Source of the DNA: Balanoglossus misakiensis | Lineage: Eukaryota > Animalia > Hemichordata | DNA: 64,000 nucleotides | Assembly (NCBI GenBank): GCA_040954595.2 | Contig: CM082594.2 | Coordinates: 9,240,196 to 9,304,195 of the forward strand | Direction: 5' to 3' | Part shown: positions 46,601 to 59,100 of the stretch, piece after piece | Position numbering within the stretch: the first letter of the stretch is position 1 | How the letters are laid out: every line of letters begins with the position of its first letter | Notes under the pieces: model-generated | The model's input: only the letters and a program-made list of their open reading frames with translations | What the model was told of the DNA's origin: nothing | The model's database searches: none | Position numbers and translations under genes: made by a program

Positions 46601-49600
46601 TAATGAATTTCCTACCAGTTGAGATGTAAATATGTTTTAATATTTTTTAAGACAAGTAAACTCATCTCTCCACACAGAAATAACCATTTCCTGTCCAATT
46701 ATGAAAGTAGACTCGTTATTAGCCAGAACAAAGAATTCCCACAGGGGTATATTCAGCTAGTTCTTTGAAGGAGATATTTGTTACGGGAGGATCCTGTTGT
46801 TTCAAGAAAACACCATATGTCAGTTTTTTACCTGTTCATAATGTGTTGACGATGATTGCTTGTATTCACTGCTACAGAAAGGCTCTGACACGATCACAGT
46901 TGTGTGGCAACTCACACACCCTGTCTCTTCCCAGCTGTCACATATCACTGACAAATTTCTATTTTTTCTCTCTCTCTCTTTCACAGCCATAGGAGAGCAC
47001 TATGGAAGTGGGCAGTGGATAGAGCAGCTGTTGCAAGTAGGTGGACGTGGCTTCAGGCACAGGTCTCTGATTTAGAATACAGAATCAGACAACAGACTGA
47101 CATCTACAGGCAAATCCGGGCAACCAAGGGAATGATCGCACTGGGCGAACAGTCTCCGCCGGATGACCTCATGAAACTTAGGACTAGTCGGCTTGGCAAG
47201 AAGCTGTCACCCATTGAGGCCAAAATCGCAAAACTGGAAAGTCGAAATGACCTGTCACCGTCCAATCTGTCAACTCTCATTAGCAATGTGGATAGGCAGA
47301 CGGCCAAACTGAACCAGTCACTGCAGAATTTCTATTCGCCTCTTCAGAAAGGCATGACGCGATCTCCCCTACCAGCAATGACGAACAATCCCGCAAGAGG
47401 AAAGCTGCCAGGTACTAAGCCAGTCAACGGATATGTTGACAGCCCCCAACTTTCGAACGACTCAGCGTCCGACTGCGAGTCGGGGGACCCCGCACTCAAG
47501 AGAATGAGACTAGACGCTAGCAAAAGTGTCGCATCGCCCCCTGATATCAGCTGCACGGCTGCCAGGACACGGCCCATACGGACTTACAGAAAGCGCAAAC
47601 TACTTCGGACGTCCAACATCCATCAGATGAGTCGGAAGGCTCAGAAGTTGTCGTCGGTGAGGTGTGGATGTTGCTCGCCCATCACACCGTGTGTGATGTG
47701 TGGAGGTAGATACAACAATACACAGACTGTGGCGCCAGACTTGATGCCTGTCAGTGAGAGAGTGTCACTGCTGGACTACTCCTTCCATCCTGTTCTGTCA
47801 TTTGAACAAGGTAAACCATCATAATCTGCAAGTTGACCATATATTCAGTCCAGTTGGTTAGGTCATCAGGAAGCATTGAAACATATCACGCTGTGGAATG
47901 TATTTTGAAGAAAATTGCTTGACAAAAATAATGCGACTGACCTCAGTAATATAACATTGTGTGTTCAAGTTACTGACAACGCAGAAGAAATGGAGCTATG
48001 TTATTTCTGACAGTATCAAGTGATCTTGTGTTGGAGCTGCAAAGTACCAGTGCTTATGTAATAAGAAACTAAAAATAATTGCTACTGTCCTGAGTCTGAC
48101 AACTAGTATAATAATGTGCAAAACTCCCTGCATTTTCTCTCTGACAGATACACCGCTCTGTGTGCACTTTGAAGGACTTTTGAAAAGTGGAGACTGGCAG
48201 AACAGACAACTGTCCAAATCGCCTTTGAAAAAGTAAGTTGATGAAAGGGGTTGTTCACTGTTTTGTCTAGGATGACTCATAAAAGGAAATGTCCTCCCTG
48301 TCCTACACTTTGGCGTATGGTTGTCGTATTGTCTCTTTGTTTAACCTGTAATGTATTTCTCCTGACAAAAATGATGTTATGAATTAGCTTGTGTAAGGAA
48401 GGAATTAATATAATCCCCCGTGCTGTAATTCTTCATCAACTCATTTGATAATGGGAATAATTGGAAATTAGAACATTAGCTTAGTAGAGATAGGAGTTGT
48501 CAGGCGTAGTGGGGTCAAATTCATGCAGCTATTTTATGTTATCAGTGAAAAGAATATTCTAAGGCTTGCTCAGACTTTGGACTCTTAACCTGACAATTAG
48601 GGTAATGTCCAAGTATTTCAAGTCCCTTCAGTTTGGTATGCAGTTATTATTTAACGGTCACTTATCAACTGTAGAGAGAAGGTACGTGTGTAGATGCATG
48701 TCCTTCTGCCCTCGTATACAGAGAGGATTAATTACCTAGATATGGAAATGATTACGGCGTGCTTGTGTGTGGACAGATATTGAAATGTCAAATGTGCTCT
48801 CTGGATAATAATTTGACCTAAAGCTGATATATTTTTTTTGTCTAAAATGAGCTGTAATTTGTTTGAACCAATTACGAATTTGCGTTGGAAAATGCCAAGT
48901 TGAATACTGAAGGCAAATTAAAAAAGCTTTTTGGAAATTCGATTTTAATTATATGCTTTGTTTCATGTACCTGAATATGTGTCCACAGGGAAATAAGTCA
49001 GATAAACAGGGGTGAAATTTAATTTCCAAACTGATTTTCTTCTTTTCAGAAAATCTCATCTTAGCCATAGTCAGCAGGCAAGAAGAGCCAGCCAGAAATT
49101 GGCCAAGAGCGCAGCTGCAGCATTGCTGTCTTCGGCCAAGATGAGAAGTAATCGAGCGGACGGAAAGTCGTTGTCAAGATCGCATTCCCATCCTTCATCA
49201 GCACCGAACACACCGAAAAATTCCAGCATGGATTCGAGTCGACTTTGCCGAACGGATGTCAAGAAGCGAAGAGCTGCTCAGCTTGCCATGAGTAAGTCAT
49301 ATTCCAATCTGTTCTGACAGTTGTTCAGAAGTTTAGGAATAAATGAAATCCAATTATGATTCCCGACAATAGGGTCAAGTTCAGTGTCGTAACCTAATAT
49401 TCAGTTCCCTCTGTTGCAGTTGCGCTTAAGAAGAACCGAAACAGATGCTTGTCACTGCCAGCCCTTCATCACAACAAGTCACCATCTGCTCCCTCAACGC
49501 CAAACGCCGTCACCCCGAACAGCAAGGATCCATCGTGTATGTTGTCCTCATCCATGCCTGCCAATTCCCTGCAGGCAGCGTACATGAAGAAGAGACGAGG

Positions 49601-50908
49601 AGAGAGTGCATTCGATATCAACAACATTGTCATCCCGTACTCCATGGCGGCATCCACTCGAGTTGAAAAGCTGAACTACAAGGAAATCGTGACGCCCAAG
49701 TGGAGGGTCTTGGACGAATATAATTACCAAAATTGCGAAACTCAAGAGAAAGTCAAAAACAATGTCAAGGTTGAAGAGGAGGACGACGAGGAGGAGGAGG
49801 AAGAGGTATGTACAGCACAGATCATGTACAATACGATACAAGTCTATATAGCGGCTGGTACCATGAAGACATATTCACTGGCGCTGTACAATGTATAAAA
49901 TGAGGATGCTCTGTCAGAAGAGCAGATGTACACCCAAAGATCATGTTCTATTCAAGTCAGCTAACAATAGGTTGGCTCAATCATAAGCTAAGACCATTTT
50001 CTTCAGAACTCCACAAGACTGTTATGAAATCTCGAGTAGCAAGGCAGTTTATATGCGAGGACATTTTGATGTGACATGGGACAAAAATGGTGTTGGGTTG
50101 TCCTAGAGCTGATTACCGATTTCTGTCACCAGTTATGCTGAAATTCTTGTAATATTGTGTATTGCAGTTTGAAGATTTATCCGATGAAGTCATTGCTGAA
50201 CGCCATGCTATATGTGAAGTCCACGAGCGTCGACGCTACCTCGGCTTTGTCAAGAATAACAAGAGAGGACGTTCGCGAACAAACAGTGGTAGTGGAACCC
50301 CTGAACCGTGGTCTCCAGAAAGCCAACAAAATGAGAATTCTCTCTCCAGTCGAGCAAGTGCAACACCATCACCCCTGAACACGCCAATGGAAGGAAAAGG
50401 CAAGAACTCGGAAATAATACGACGACGTGCATCATCGGAGAAAGTGTCGGCCCAGGGAAAGTCTGGAAAATATCCGCCTGCTAAGACAGAGAAAGTGCAG
50501 TCCCCGCTTCAAAAATCGCTTTCCACCAAAAGCTTGGAGTCTCTCGCGTTTGAGGATACGGAAGAAATATTCCATGTGGTGCATCCGTGGGAATGTCGCA
50601 ACTTCCCGTTGACTGATCAGGAAGTGGCAACCATGGAAGGCAACTCTCCACCGCCTTCTCCCAAACAACCAGCTGCCATGAAAGGTCAGAGGGAGAATAC
50701 CACCACGCCGCCACCACCACCAAACTTGACAAACAGCACCACTACACCCGTTGACAGCTGTAGCCGGGTGACCACGCCCGATTTTGAGAACGAGTCTTTG
50801 AGCGAAGAAGAAGTCGAGGACCCTAACGATCCTGAGTGGACCGTCATAACAGCAGACAAAGGAAACGGACACAAACCAACAATTGTTTTGAAGTTAGCGA
50901 AAAGGTGA
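40678..50908 (+). CDS. KANSL1: KAT8 regulatory NSL complex subunit 1 (6 coding exons)
   Basis: N-terminus MAAMAPALT as in vertebrate KANSL1; [10 protein letters not shown]; [24 protein letters not shown]; WDR5-binding WIN motif CTAARTRP; FHPVLSF; FDINNIVIP; PEHE region [22 protein letters not shown]. Exons 40678-41921, 46987-47810, 48148-48232, 49050-49291, 49420-49805, 50168-50908. Confidence 0.95.
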
Positions 50909-52432
50909 ACAATGAGAGAGAGAGAGAGAGAGGCCAGGATTGAGAGTAAGGGAAGGTTATTCACATCCTCTTGTATATAAAATGGAAATTTTGAAGATGT
51001 ACAAAAAAAAATTATTCAGATAAGTGCTTACTGTGGGCATTGTACAGGAAGAATGACTTTTATGTGAACTCTTTATCTCTGATTTTGGTGACCTCAGATT
51101 GTGGTCTTTGTACGATTCGACGAAGTATATAGTTACTGTTCTGAAGTACTGTCTGATGAGGTGAAAAGATCATTTAACCTTTGACCTCAGCTTGCATGCT
51201 TCTTTTTTTGCCATGACCAGAGCATGTTGTGAAAACCCACAGCAGAAGCATATTTTTTCTCAACTTGTTATTCAAATGTAGATAAGATCATGGATTGGTG
51301 TGACTAGTATTTCTAGTAAAAAAAAGAGGGGTTTTGTAGTTTCATAAAAACACCAAAAAATAATTGAAGAAAAAAAATAAGGTTCATGGAAAATATCTTG
51401 GCTGAGTTTCCAGTTCTAACTTGTGTATGTAGAAAGTGTTTTTTGCCCGTTTACTATCTTCTGTGTATAAAAGTTAACTGCTCTTTACCTTAGGGCATGT
51501 GGAGGGCCTTCCCTCTCATAAAAAAAAACTTTTTGTTTATTCATTCAGTGACCAAAACTTGTGGTGAGAAAATAAAGTATACCGTCGTAATATTCTGTGG
51601 AACGCCCAAACCTGCTTGAAACGTATATTGACAACATTATTTCTATGGTGACATCATATGAATGACAGTTATGTGATAACAATGTAACAATTTTTTAAAA
51701 AAGTTGAGGGAGAAAGGTCTTTAATTACTCAAGATTGTACTTGGGTATTTAGGGGATAGTTGAGTGTTCTGGAATACTTTTTTGAACATTTTGCCTTTGT
51801 ACAAAGCATGTATGTTAAAACAGATTATTTGTTTGTTTTTGTTTTTTGCTTTAAATGCTCCCCGTATAGAATGCTTATCTTCATGTACATTGTTTATTCT
51901 GTAGCCAGGAAATTTGTAGTCTTGTATGAAAAAAACAAAAAAGATGTCTTAAAAATATGTGGAACTTGTGTCCATATTCAGCACAAATTAAAGCAAGCCT
52001 CAGAGAGATTGGAAATGCAGATTAACCCAACAACCCTTGCACTTAGTGCCGAATTAAAGTTTCTTCTGTCATCTCAATGTTTTATCCAAGTTCTTTTTTC
52101 ATTGTTTGCCTTTATTTTGTATCTTAACATTAAAGCTGTGTGTACATAATGTGCGAGAGAAGTGAAGATGTTGCTGCCTCCATCTGTTTCCTTTAGCACA
52201 GTGACGTATTTTTGGGTAACAGCATCATTTATGTACGTGTTGAGTGATGAGTTACGTGTGCATTGGAAATTATTCTGTGTACCATGGAATAAATATGGCC
52301 TTTGTTGGAATTAATTCACTTCAGAAATGCATGGTTGGTCGTCACTAATAGTTTGCAGTGGTGCAGACAACCCCTATGTGTGTGTGTGTGTGTATGCTTA
52401 CCTTTCGTGCTGTGTGACATATATGCAGGATA

Positions 52433-52621
52433 CTGTAAAACACTTATTTTCGCAATATCGAGTGAGGCCACTGTTTCACGATTATTAATTTTCGCATTCT
52501 TTTTTTTCATTACTGCATCGTTATCAGCAATAAAAATTTACACGACTTTTTATTTTCACGCTATTTGGCTCTCGCGTATTTCGCGAAAATTTATTGCTCG
52601 CGAAAATAAAGTGTTTTACAG
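52433..52621. mobile_element. MITE (189 bp) with TA target duplication, Tc1/mariner-type
   Basis: TA|ctgtaaaacacttattttcgc ... gcgaaaataaagtgttttacag|TA, with internal tcgcg/cgcga motifs. Confidence 0.82.
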
Positions 52622-52920
52622 TATTACATACCTACGTTTACTCGATCTTACCTGTGATAAACCCATTCTTTGCTCAAGGCAACTTTAGATTTTTATATAT
52701 TAAAATTGGTACTAATAATTGAGTTTGAATGAGAGAGTAAAGTTTTCTCAAATTTGAAATTCATAATGACTGCCAGTCTCTAATGAAAATGAAAGACCAA
52801 AGAATCAAAAGGTTTGGAGAACTATCAATTTTCTATTAATCTGCGTTTTTTTAAACAAACACGACCATATGAAGTTCAGTTGACAAACTCTGTCAGATCC
52901 TTCAAAAGGAAGAATGTAAG

Positions 52921-53104
52921 TTTTCGACAGTTTTCATGAGCTATAACCCATGAAAAACGTTCAAAAGTGACAAAATCACCAAAGTTGGCAAAGTCAGGAA
53001 TTTGTTCATTTTCGACTTTTCATGAGCTATAACCCATGAAAAGTGTCCAAAAGTGACAAAATCACCTGAGTTGGCAAAGTTGAGAATTTGTTCGTTTTCG
53101 ACTT
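52921..53104 (-). repeat. Two diverged ~86-bp satellite monomers in inverted orientation at the array edge
   Basis: The box tcatgagctataacccatga (reverse complement of the array box) occurs at 52934 and 53020. The spacers keep aagttg, aagtc and catttt blocks of the reverse-complemented monomer. Confidence 0.85.
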
Positions 53105-56100
53105 TCATGGGTTATAGCTCATGAAATCATCCAAAAATGACAATTTTTCGACTTCCCGCAACTTCAAAATTTCATCGATTTTTGACAAAAATCATGGGTT
53201 ATAGCTCATGAAATCGTCAAAAAATGACAATTTTTCGACTTCCCGCAACTTCAAAATTTCATCGATTTTTGACAAAAATCATGGGTTATAGCTCATGAAA
53301 TCGTCCAAAAATGACAATTTTTCGACTTCCCGCAACTTCAAAATTTCATCGATTTTTGACAAAAATCATGGGTTATAGCTCATGAAATCGTCCAAAAATG
53401 ACAATTTTTCGACTTCCCGCAACTTCAAAATTTCATCGATTTTTGACAAAAATCATGGGTTATAGCTCATGAAATCGTCCAAAAATGACAATTTTTCGAC
53501 TTCCCGCAACTTCAAAATTTCATCGATTTTTGACAAAAATCATGGGTTATAGCTCATGAAATCGTCCAAAAATGACAATTTTTCGACTTCCCGCAACTTC
53601 AAAATTTCATCGATTTCTGACAAAATTCATGGGTTATAGCTCATGAAATCGTCCAAAAATGACAATTTTTCGACTTCCCGCAACTTCAAAATTTCATCGA
53701 TTTTTGACAAAATTCATGGGTTATAGCTCATGAAATCGTCCAAAAATGACAATTTTTCGACATCCCGCAACTTCAAAATTTCATCGATTTTTGAAAAAAA
53801 TCATGGGTTATAGCTCATGAAATCGTCCAAAAATGACAATTTTTCGACTTCCCGGCATTTCAAAATTTATCGATTTTTGACAAAAACCATGGGTTATAGC
53901 TCATGAAATCGTCCAAAAATGACAATTTTTCGACTTCCCGCAACTTCAAAATTTCATCGATTTCTGACAAAAATCATGGGTTATAGCTCATGAAATCGTC
54001 CAAAAATGACAATTTTTCGACTTCCCGGCATTTCAAAATTTCATCGATTTCTGACAAAAATCATGGGTTATAGCTCATGAAATCGTCCAAAAATGACAAT
54101 TTTTCGACTTCCCGCAACTTCAAAATTTCATCGATTTCTGACAAAAATCATGGGTTATAGCTCATGAAATCGTCCAAAAATGACAATTTTTCGACTTCCC
54201 GCAACTTCAAAATTTCATCGATTTCTGACAAAAATCATGGGTTATAGCTCATGAAATCGTCCAAAAATGACAATTTTTCGACTTCCCGCAACTTCAAAAT
54301 TTCATCGATTTTTGACAAAATTCATGGGTTATAGCTCATGAAATCGTCCAAAAATGACAATTTTTCGACTTCCCGCAACTTCAAAATTTCATCGATTTTT
54401 GACAAAAATCATGGGTTATAGCCCATGAAATCGTCCAAAAATGATAATTTTTCGACTTCCCGCAACTTCAAAATTTCATCGATTTTTGACAAAAACCATG
54501 GGTTATAGCTCAGGAAATCATCCAAAAATGACAATTTTTCGACTTCCCGGCATTTCAAAATTTCATCGATTTTTGACAAAAACCATGGGTTATAGCTCAG
54601 GAAATCATCCAAAAATGACAATTTTTTCGACTTCCCGGCATTTCAAAATTTCATCGATTTTTGACAAAAACCATGGGTTATAGCTCAGGAAATCATCCAA
54701 AAATGACAATTTTTCGACTTCCCGGCTTTTCAAAATTTCATCGATTTTTGACAAAAACCATGGGTTATAGCTCAGGAAATCATCCAAAAATGACAATTTT
54801 TCGACTTCCCGGCTTTTCAAAATTTCATCGATTTTTGACAAAAACCATGGGTTATAGCTCATGAAATCATCCAAAAATGACAATTTTTCGACTTCCCGCA
54901 ACTTCAAAATTTCATCGATTTTTGACAAAAATCATGGGTTATAGCTCATGAAATCGTCAAAAAATGACAATTTTTCGACTTCCCGCAACTTCAAAATTTC
55001 ATCGATTTTTGACAAAAATCATGGGTTATAGCTCATGAAATCGTCCAAAAATGACAATTTTTCGACTTCCCGCAACTTCAAAATTTCATCGATTTTTGAC
55101 AAAAATCATGGGTTATAGCTCATGAAATCGTCCAAAAATGACAATTTTTCGACTTCCCGCAACTTCAAAATTTCATCGATTTTTGACAAAAATCATGGGT
55201 TATAGCTCATGAAATCGTCCAAAAATGACAATTTTTCGACTTCCCGCAACTTCAAAATTTCATCGATTTTTGACAAAAATCATGGGTTATAGCTCATGAA
55301 ATCGTCCAAAAATGACAATTTTTCGACTTCCCGCAACTTCAAAATTTCATCGATTTCTGACAAAATTCATGGGTTATAGCTCATGAAATCGTCCAAAAAT
55401 GACAATTTTTCGACTTCCCGCAACTTCAAAATTTCATCGATTTTTGACAAAATTCATGGGTTATAGCTCATGAAATCGTCCAAAAATGACAATTTTTCGA
55501 CTTCCCGCAACTTCAAAATTTCATCGATTTTTGACCAAAATCATGGGTTATAGCTCATGAAATCGTCCAAAAATGACAATTTTTCGACTTCCCGGCATTT
55601 CAAAATTTATCGATTTTTGACAAAAACCATGGGTTATAGCTCATGAAATCGTCCAAAAATGACAATTTTTCGACTTCCCGCAACTTCAAAATTTCATCGA
55701 TTTCTGACAAAAATCATGGGTTATAGCTCATGAAATCGTCCAAAAATGACAATTTTTCGACTTCCCGGCATTTCAAAATTTCATCGATTTCTGACAAAAA
55801 TCATGGGTTATAGCTCATGAAATCGTCCAAAAATGACAATTTTTCGACTTCCCGCAACTTCAAAATTTCATCGATTTCTGACAAAAATCATGGGTTATAG
55901 CTCATGAAATCGTCCAAAAATGACAATTTTTCGACTTCCCGCAACTTCAAAATTTCATCGATTTCTGACAAAAATCATGGGTTATAGCTCATGAAATCGT
56001 CCAAAAATGACAATTTTTCGACTTCCCGCAACTTCAAAATTTCATCGATTTTTGACAAAATTCATGGGTTATAGCTCATGAAATCGTCCAAAAATGACAA

Positions 56101-59100
56101 TTTTTCGACTTCCCGCAACTTCAAAATTTCATCGATTTTTGACAAAAATCATGGGTTATAGCCCATGAAATCGTCCAAAAATGATAATTTTTCGACTTCC
56201 CGCAACTTCAAAATTTCATCGATTTTTGACAAAAACCATGGGTTATAGCTCAGGAAATCATCCAAAAATGACAATTTTTCGACTTCCCGGCATTTCAAAA
56301 TTTCATCGATTTTTGACAAAAACCATGGGTTATAGCTCAGGAAATCATCCAAAAATGACAATTTTTTCGACTTCCCGGCATTTCAAAATTTCATCGATTT
56401 TTGACAAAAACCATGGGTTATAGCTCAGGAAATCATCCAAAAATGACAATTTTTCGACTTCCCGGCTTTTCAAAATTTCATCGATTTTTGACAAAAACCA
56501 TGGGTTATAGCTCAGGAAATCATCCAAAAATGACAATTTTTCGACTTCCCGGCTTTTCAAAATTTCATCGATTTTTGACAAAAACCATGGGTTATAGCTC
56601 AGGAAATCATCCAAAAATGACAATTTTTCGACTTCCCGCAACTTCAAAATTTCATCGATTTTTGACAAAAATCATGGGTTATAGCCCATGAAATCGTCCA
56701 AAAATGATAATTTTTCGACTTCCCGCAACTTCAAAATTTCATCGATTTTTGACAAAAACCATGGGTTATAGCTCAGGAAATCATCCAAAAATGACAATTT
56801 TTCGACTTCCCGGCATTTCAAAATTTCATCGATTTTTGACAAAAACCATGGGTTATAGCTCAGGAAATCATCCAAAAATGACAATTTTTTCGACTTCCCG
56901 GCTTTTCAAAATTTCATCGATTTTTGACAAAAACCATGGGTTATAGCTCAGGAAATCATCCAAAAATGACAATTTTTCGACTTCCCGGCATTTCAAAATT
57001 TCATCGATTTTTGACAAAAACCATGGGTTATAGCTCAGGAAATCATCCAAAAATGACAATTTTTCGACTTCCCGGCATTTCAAAATTTCATCGATTTTTG
57101 ACAAAAACCATGGGTTATAGCTCAGGAAATCATCCAAAAATGACAATTTTTCGACTTCCCGGCATTTCAAAATTTCATCGATTTTTGACAAAAACCATGG
57201 GTTATAGCTCAGGAAATCATCCAAAAATGACAATTTTTCGACTTCCCGGCATTTCAAAATTTCATCGATTTTTGACAAAAACCATGGGTTATAGCTCAGG
57301 AAATCATCCAAAAATGACAATTTTTCGACTTCCCGGCATTTCAAAATTTCATCGATTTTTGACAAAAACCATGGGTTATAGCTCAGGAAATCATCCAAAA
57401 ATGACAATTTTTCGACTTCCCGGCATTTCAAAATTTCATCGATTTTTGACAAAAACCATGGGTTATAGCTCAGGAAATCATCCAAAAATGACAATTTTTC
57501 GACTTCCCGGCATTTCAAAATTTCATCGATTTTTGACAAAAACCATGGGTTATAGCTCAGGAAATCATCCAAAAATGACAATTTTTCGACTTCCCGGCAT
57601 TTCAAAATTTCATCGATTTTTGACAAAAACCATGGGTTATAGCTCAGGAAATCATCCAAAAATGACAATTTTTCGACTTCCCGGCATTTCAAAATTTCAT
57701 CGATTTTTGACAAAAACCATGGGTTATAGCTCAGGAAATCATCCAAAAATGACAATTTTTCGACTTCCCGGCATTTCAAAATTTCATCGATTTTTGACAA
57801 AAACCATGGGTTATAGCTCAGGAAATCATCCAAAAATGACAATTTTTCGACTTCCCGGCATTTCAAAATTTCATCGATTTTTGACAAAAACCATGGGTTA
57901 TAGCTCAGGAAATCATCCAAAAATGACAATTTTTCGACTTCCCGGCATTTCAAAATTTCATCGATTTTTGACAAAAACCATGGGTTATAGCTCAGGAAAT
58001 CATCCAAAAATGACAATTTTTCGACTTCCCGGCATTTCAAAATTTCATCGATTTTTGACAAAAACCATGGGTTATAGCTCAGGAAATCATCCAAAAATGA
58101 CAATTTTTCGACTTCCCGGCATTTCAAAATTTCATCGATTTTTGACAAAAACCATGGGTTATAGCTCAGGAAATCATCCAAAAATGACAATTTTTCGACT
58201 TCCCGGCATTTCAAAATTTCATCGATTTTTGACAAAAACCATGGGTTATAGCTCAGGAAATCATCCAAAAATGACAATTTTTCGACTTCCCGGCATTTCA
58301 AAATTTCATCGATTTTTGACAAAAACCATGGGTTATAGCTCAGGAAATCATCCAAAAATGACAATTTTTCGACTTCCCGGCATTTCAAAATTTCATCGAT
58401 TTTTGACAAAAACCATGGGTTATAGCTCAGGAAATCATCCAAAAATGACAATTTTTCGACTTCCCGGCATTTCAAAATTTCATCGATTTTTGACAAAAAC
58501 CATGGGTTATAGCTCAGGAAATCATCCAAAAATGACAATTTTTCGACTTCCCGGCATTTCAAAATTTCATCGATTTTTGACAAAAACCATGGGTTATAGC
58601 TCAGGAAATCATCCAAAAATGACAATTTTTCGACTTCCCGGCATTTCAAAATTTCATCGATTTTTGACAAAAACCATGGGTTATAGCTCAGGAAATCATC
58701 CAAAAATGACAATTTTTCGACTTCCCGGCATTTCAAAATTTCATCGATTTTTGACAAAAACCATGGGTTATAGCTCAGGAAATCATCCAAAAATGACAAT
58801 TTTTCGACTTCCCGGCATTTCAAAATTTCATCGATTTTTGACAAAAACCATGGGTTATAGCTCAGGAAATCATCCAAAAATGACAATTTTTCGACTTCCC
58901 GGCATTTCAAAATTTCATCGATTTTTGACAAAAACCATGGGTTATAGCTCAGGAAATCATCCAAAAATGACAATTTTTCGACTTCCCGGCATTTCAAAAT
59001 TTCATCGATTTTTGACAAAAACCATGGGTTATAGCTCAGGAAATCATCCAAAAATGACAATTTTTCGACTTCCCGGCATTTCAAAATTTCATCGATTTTT

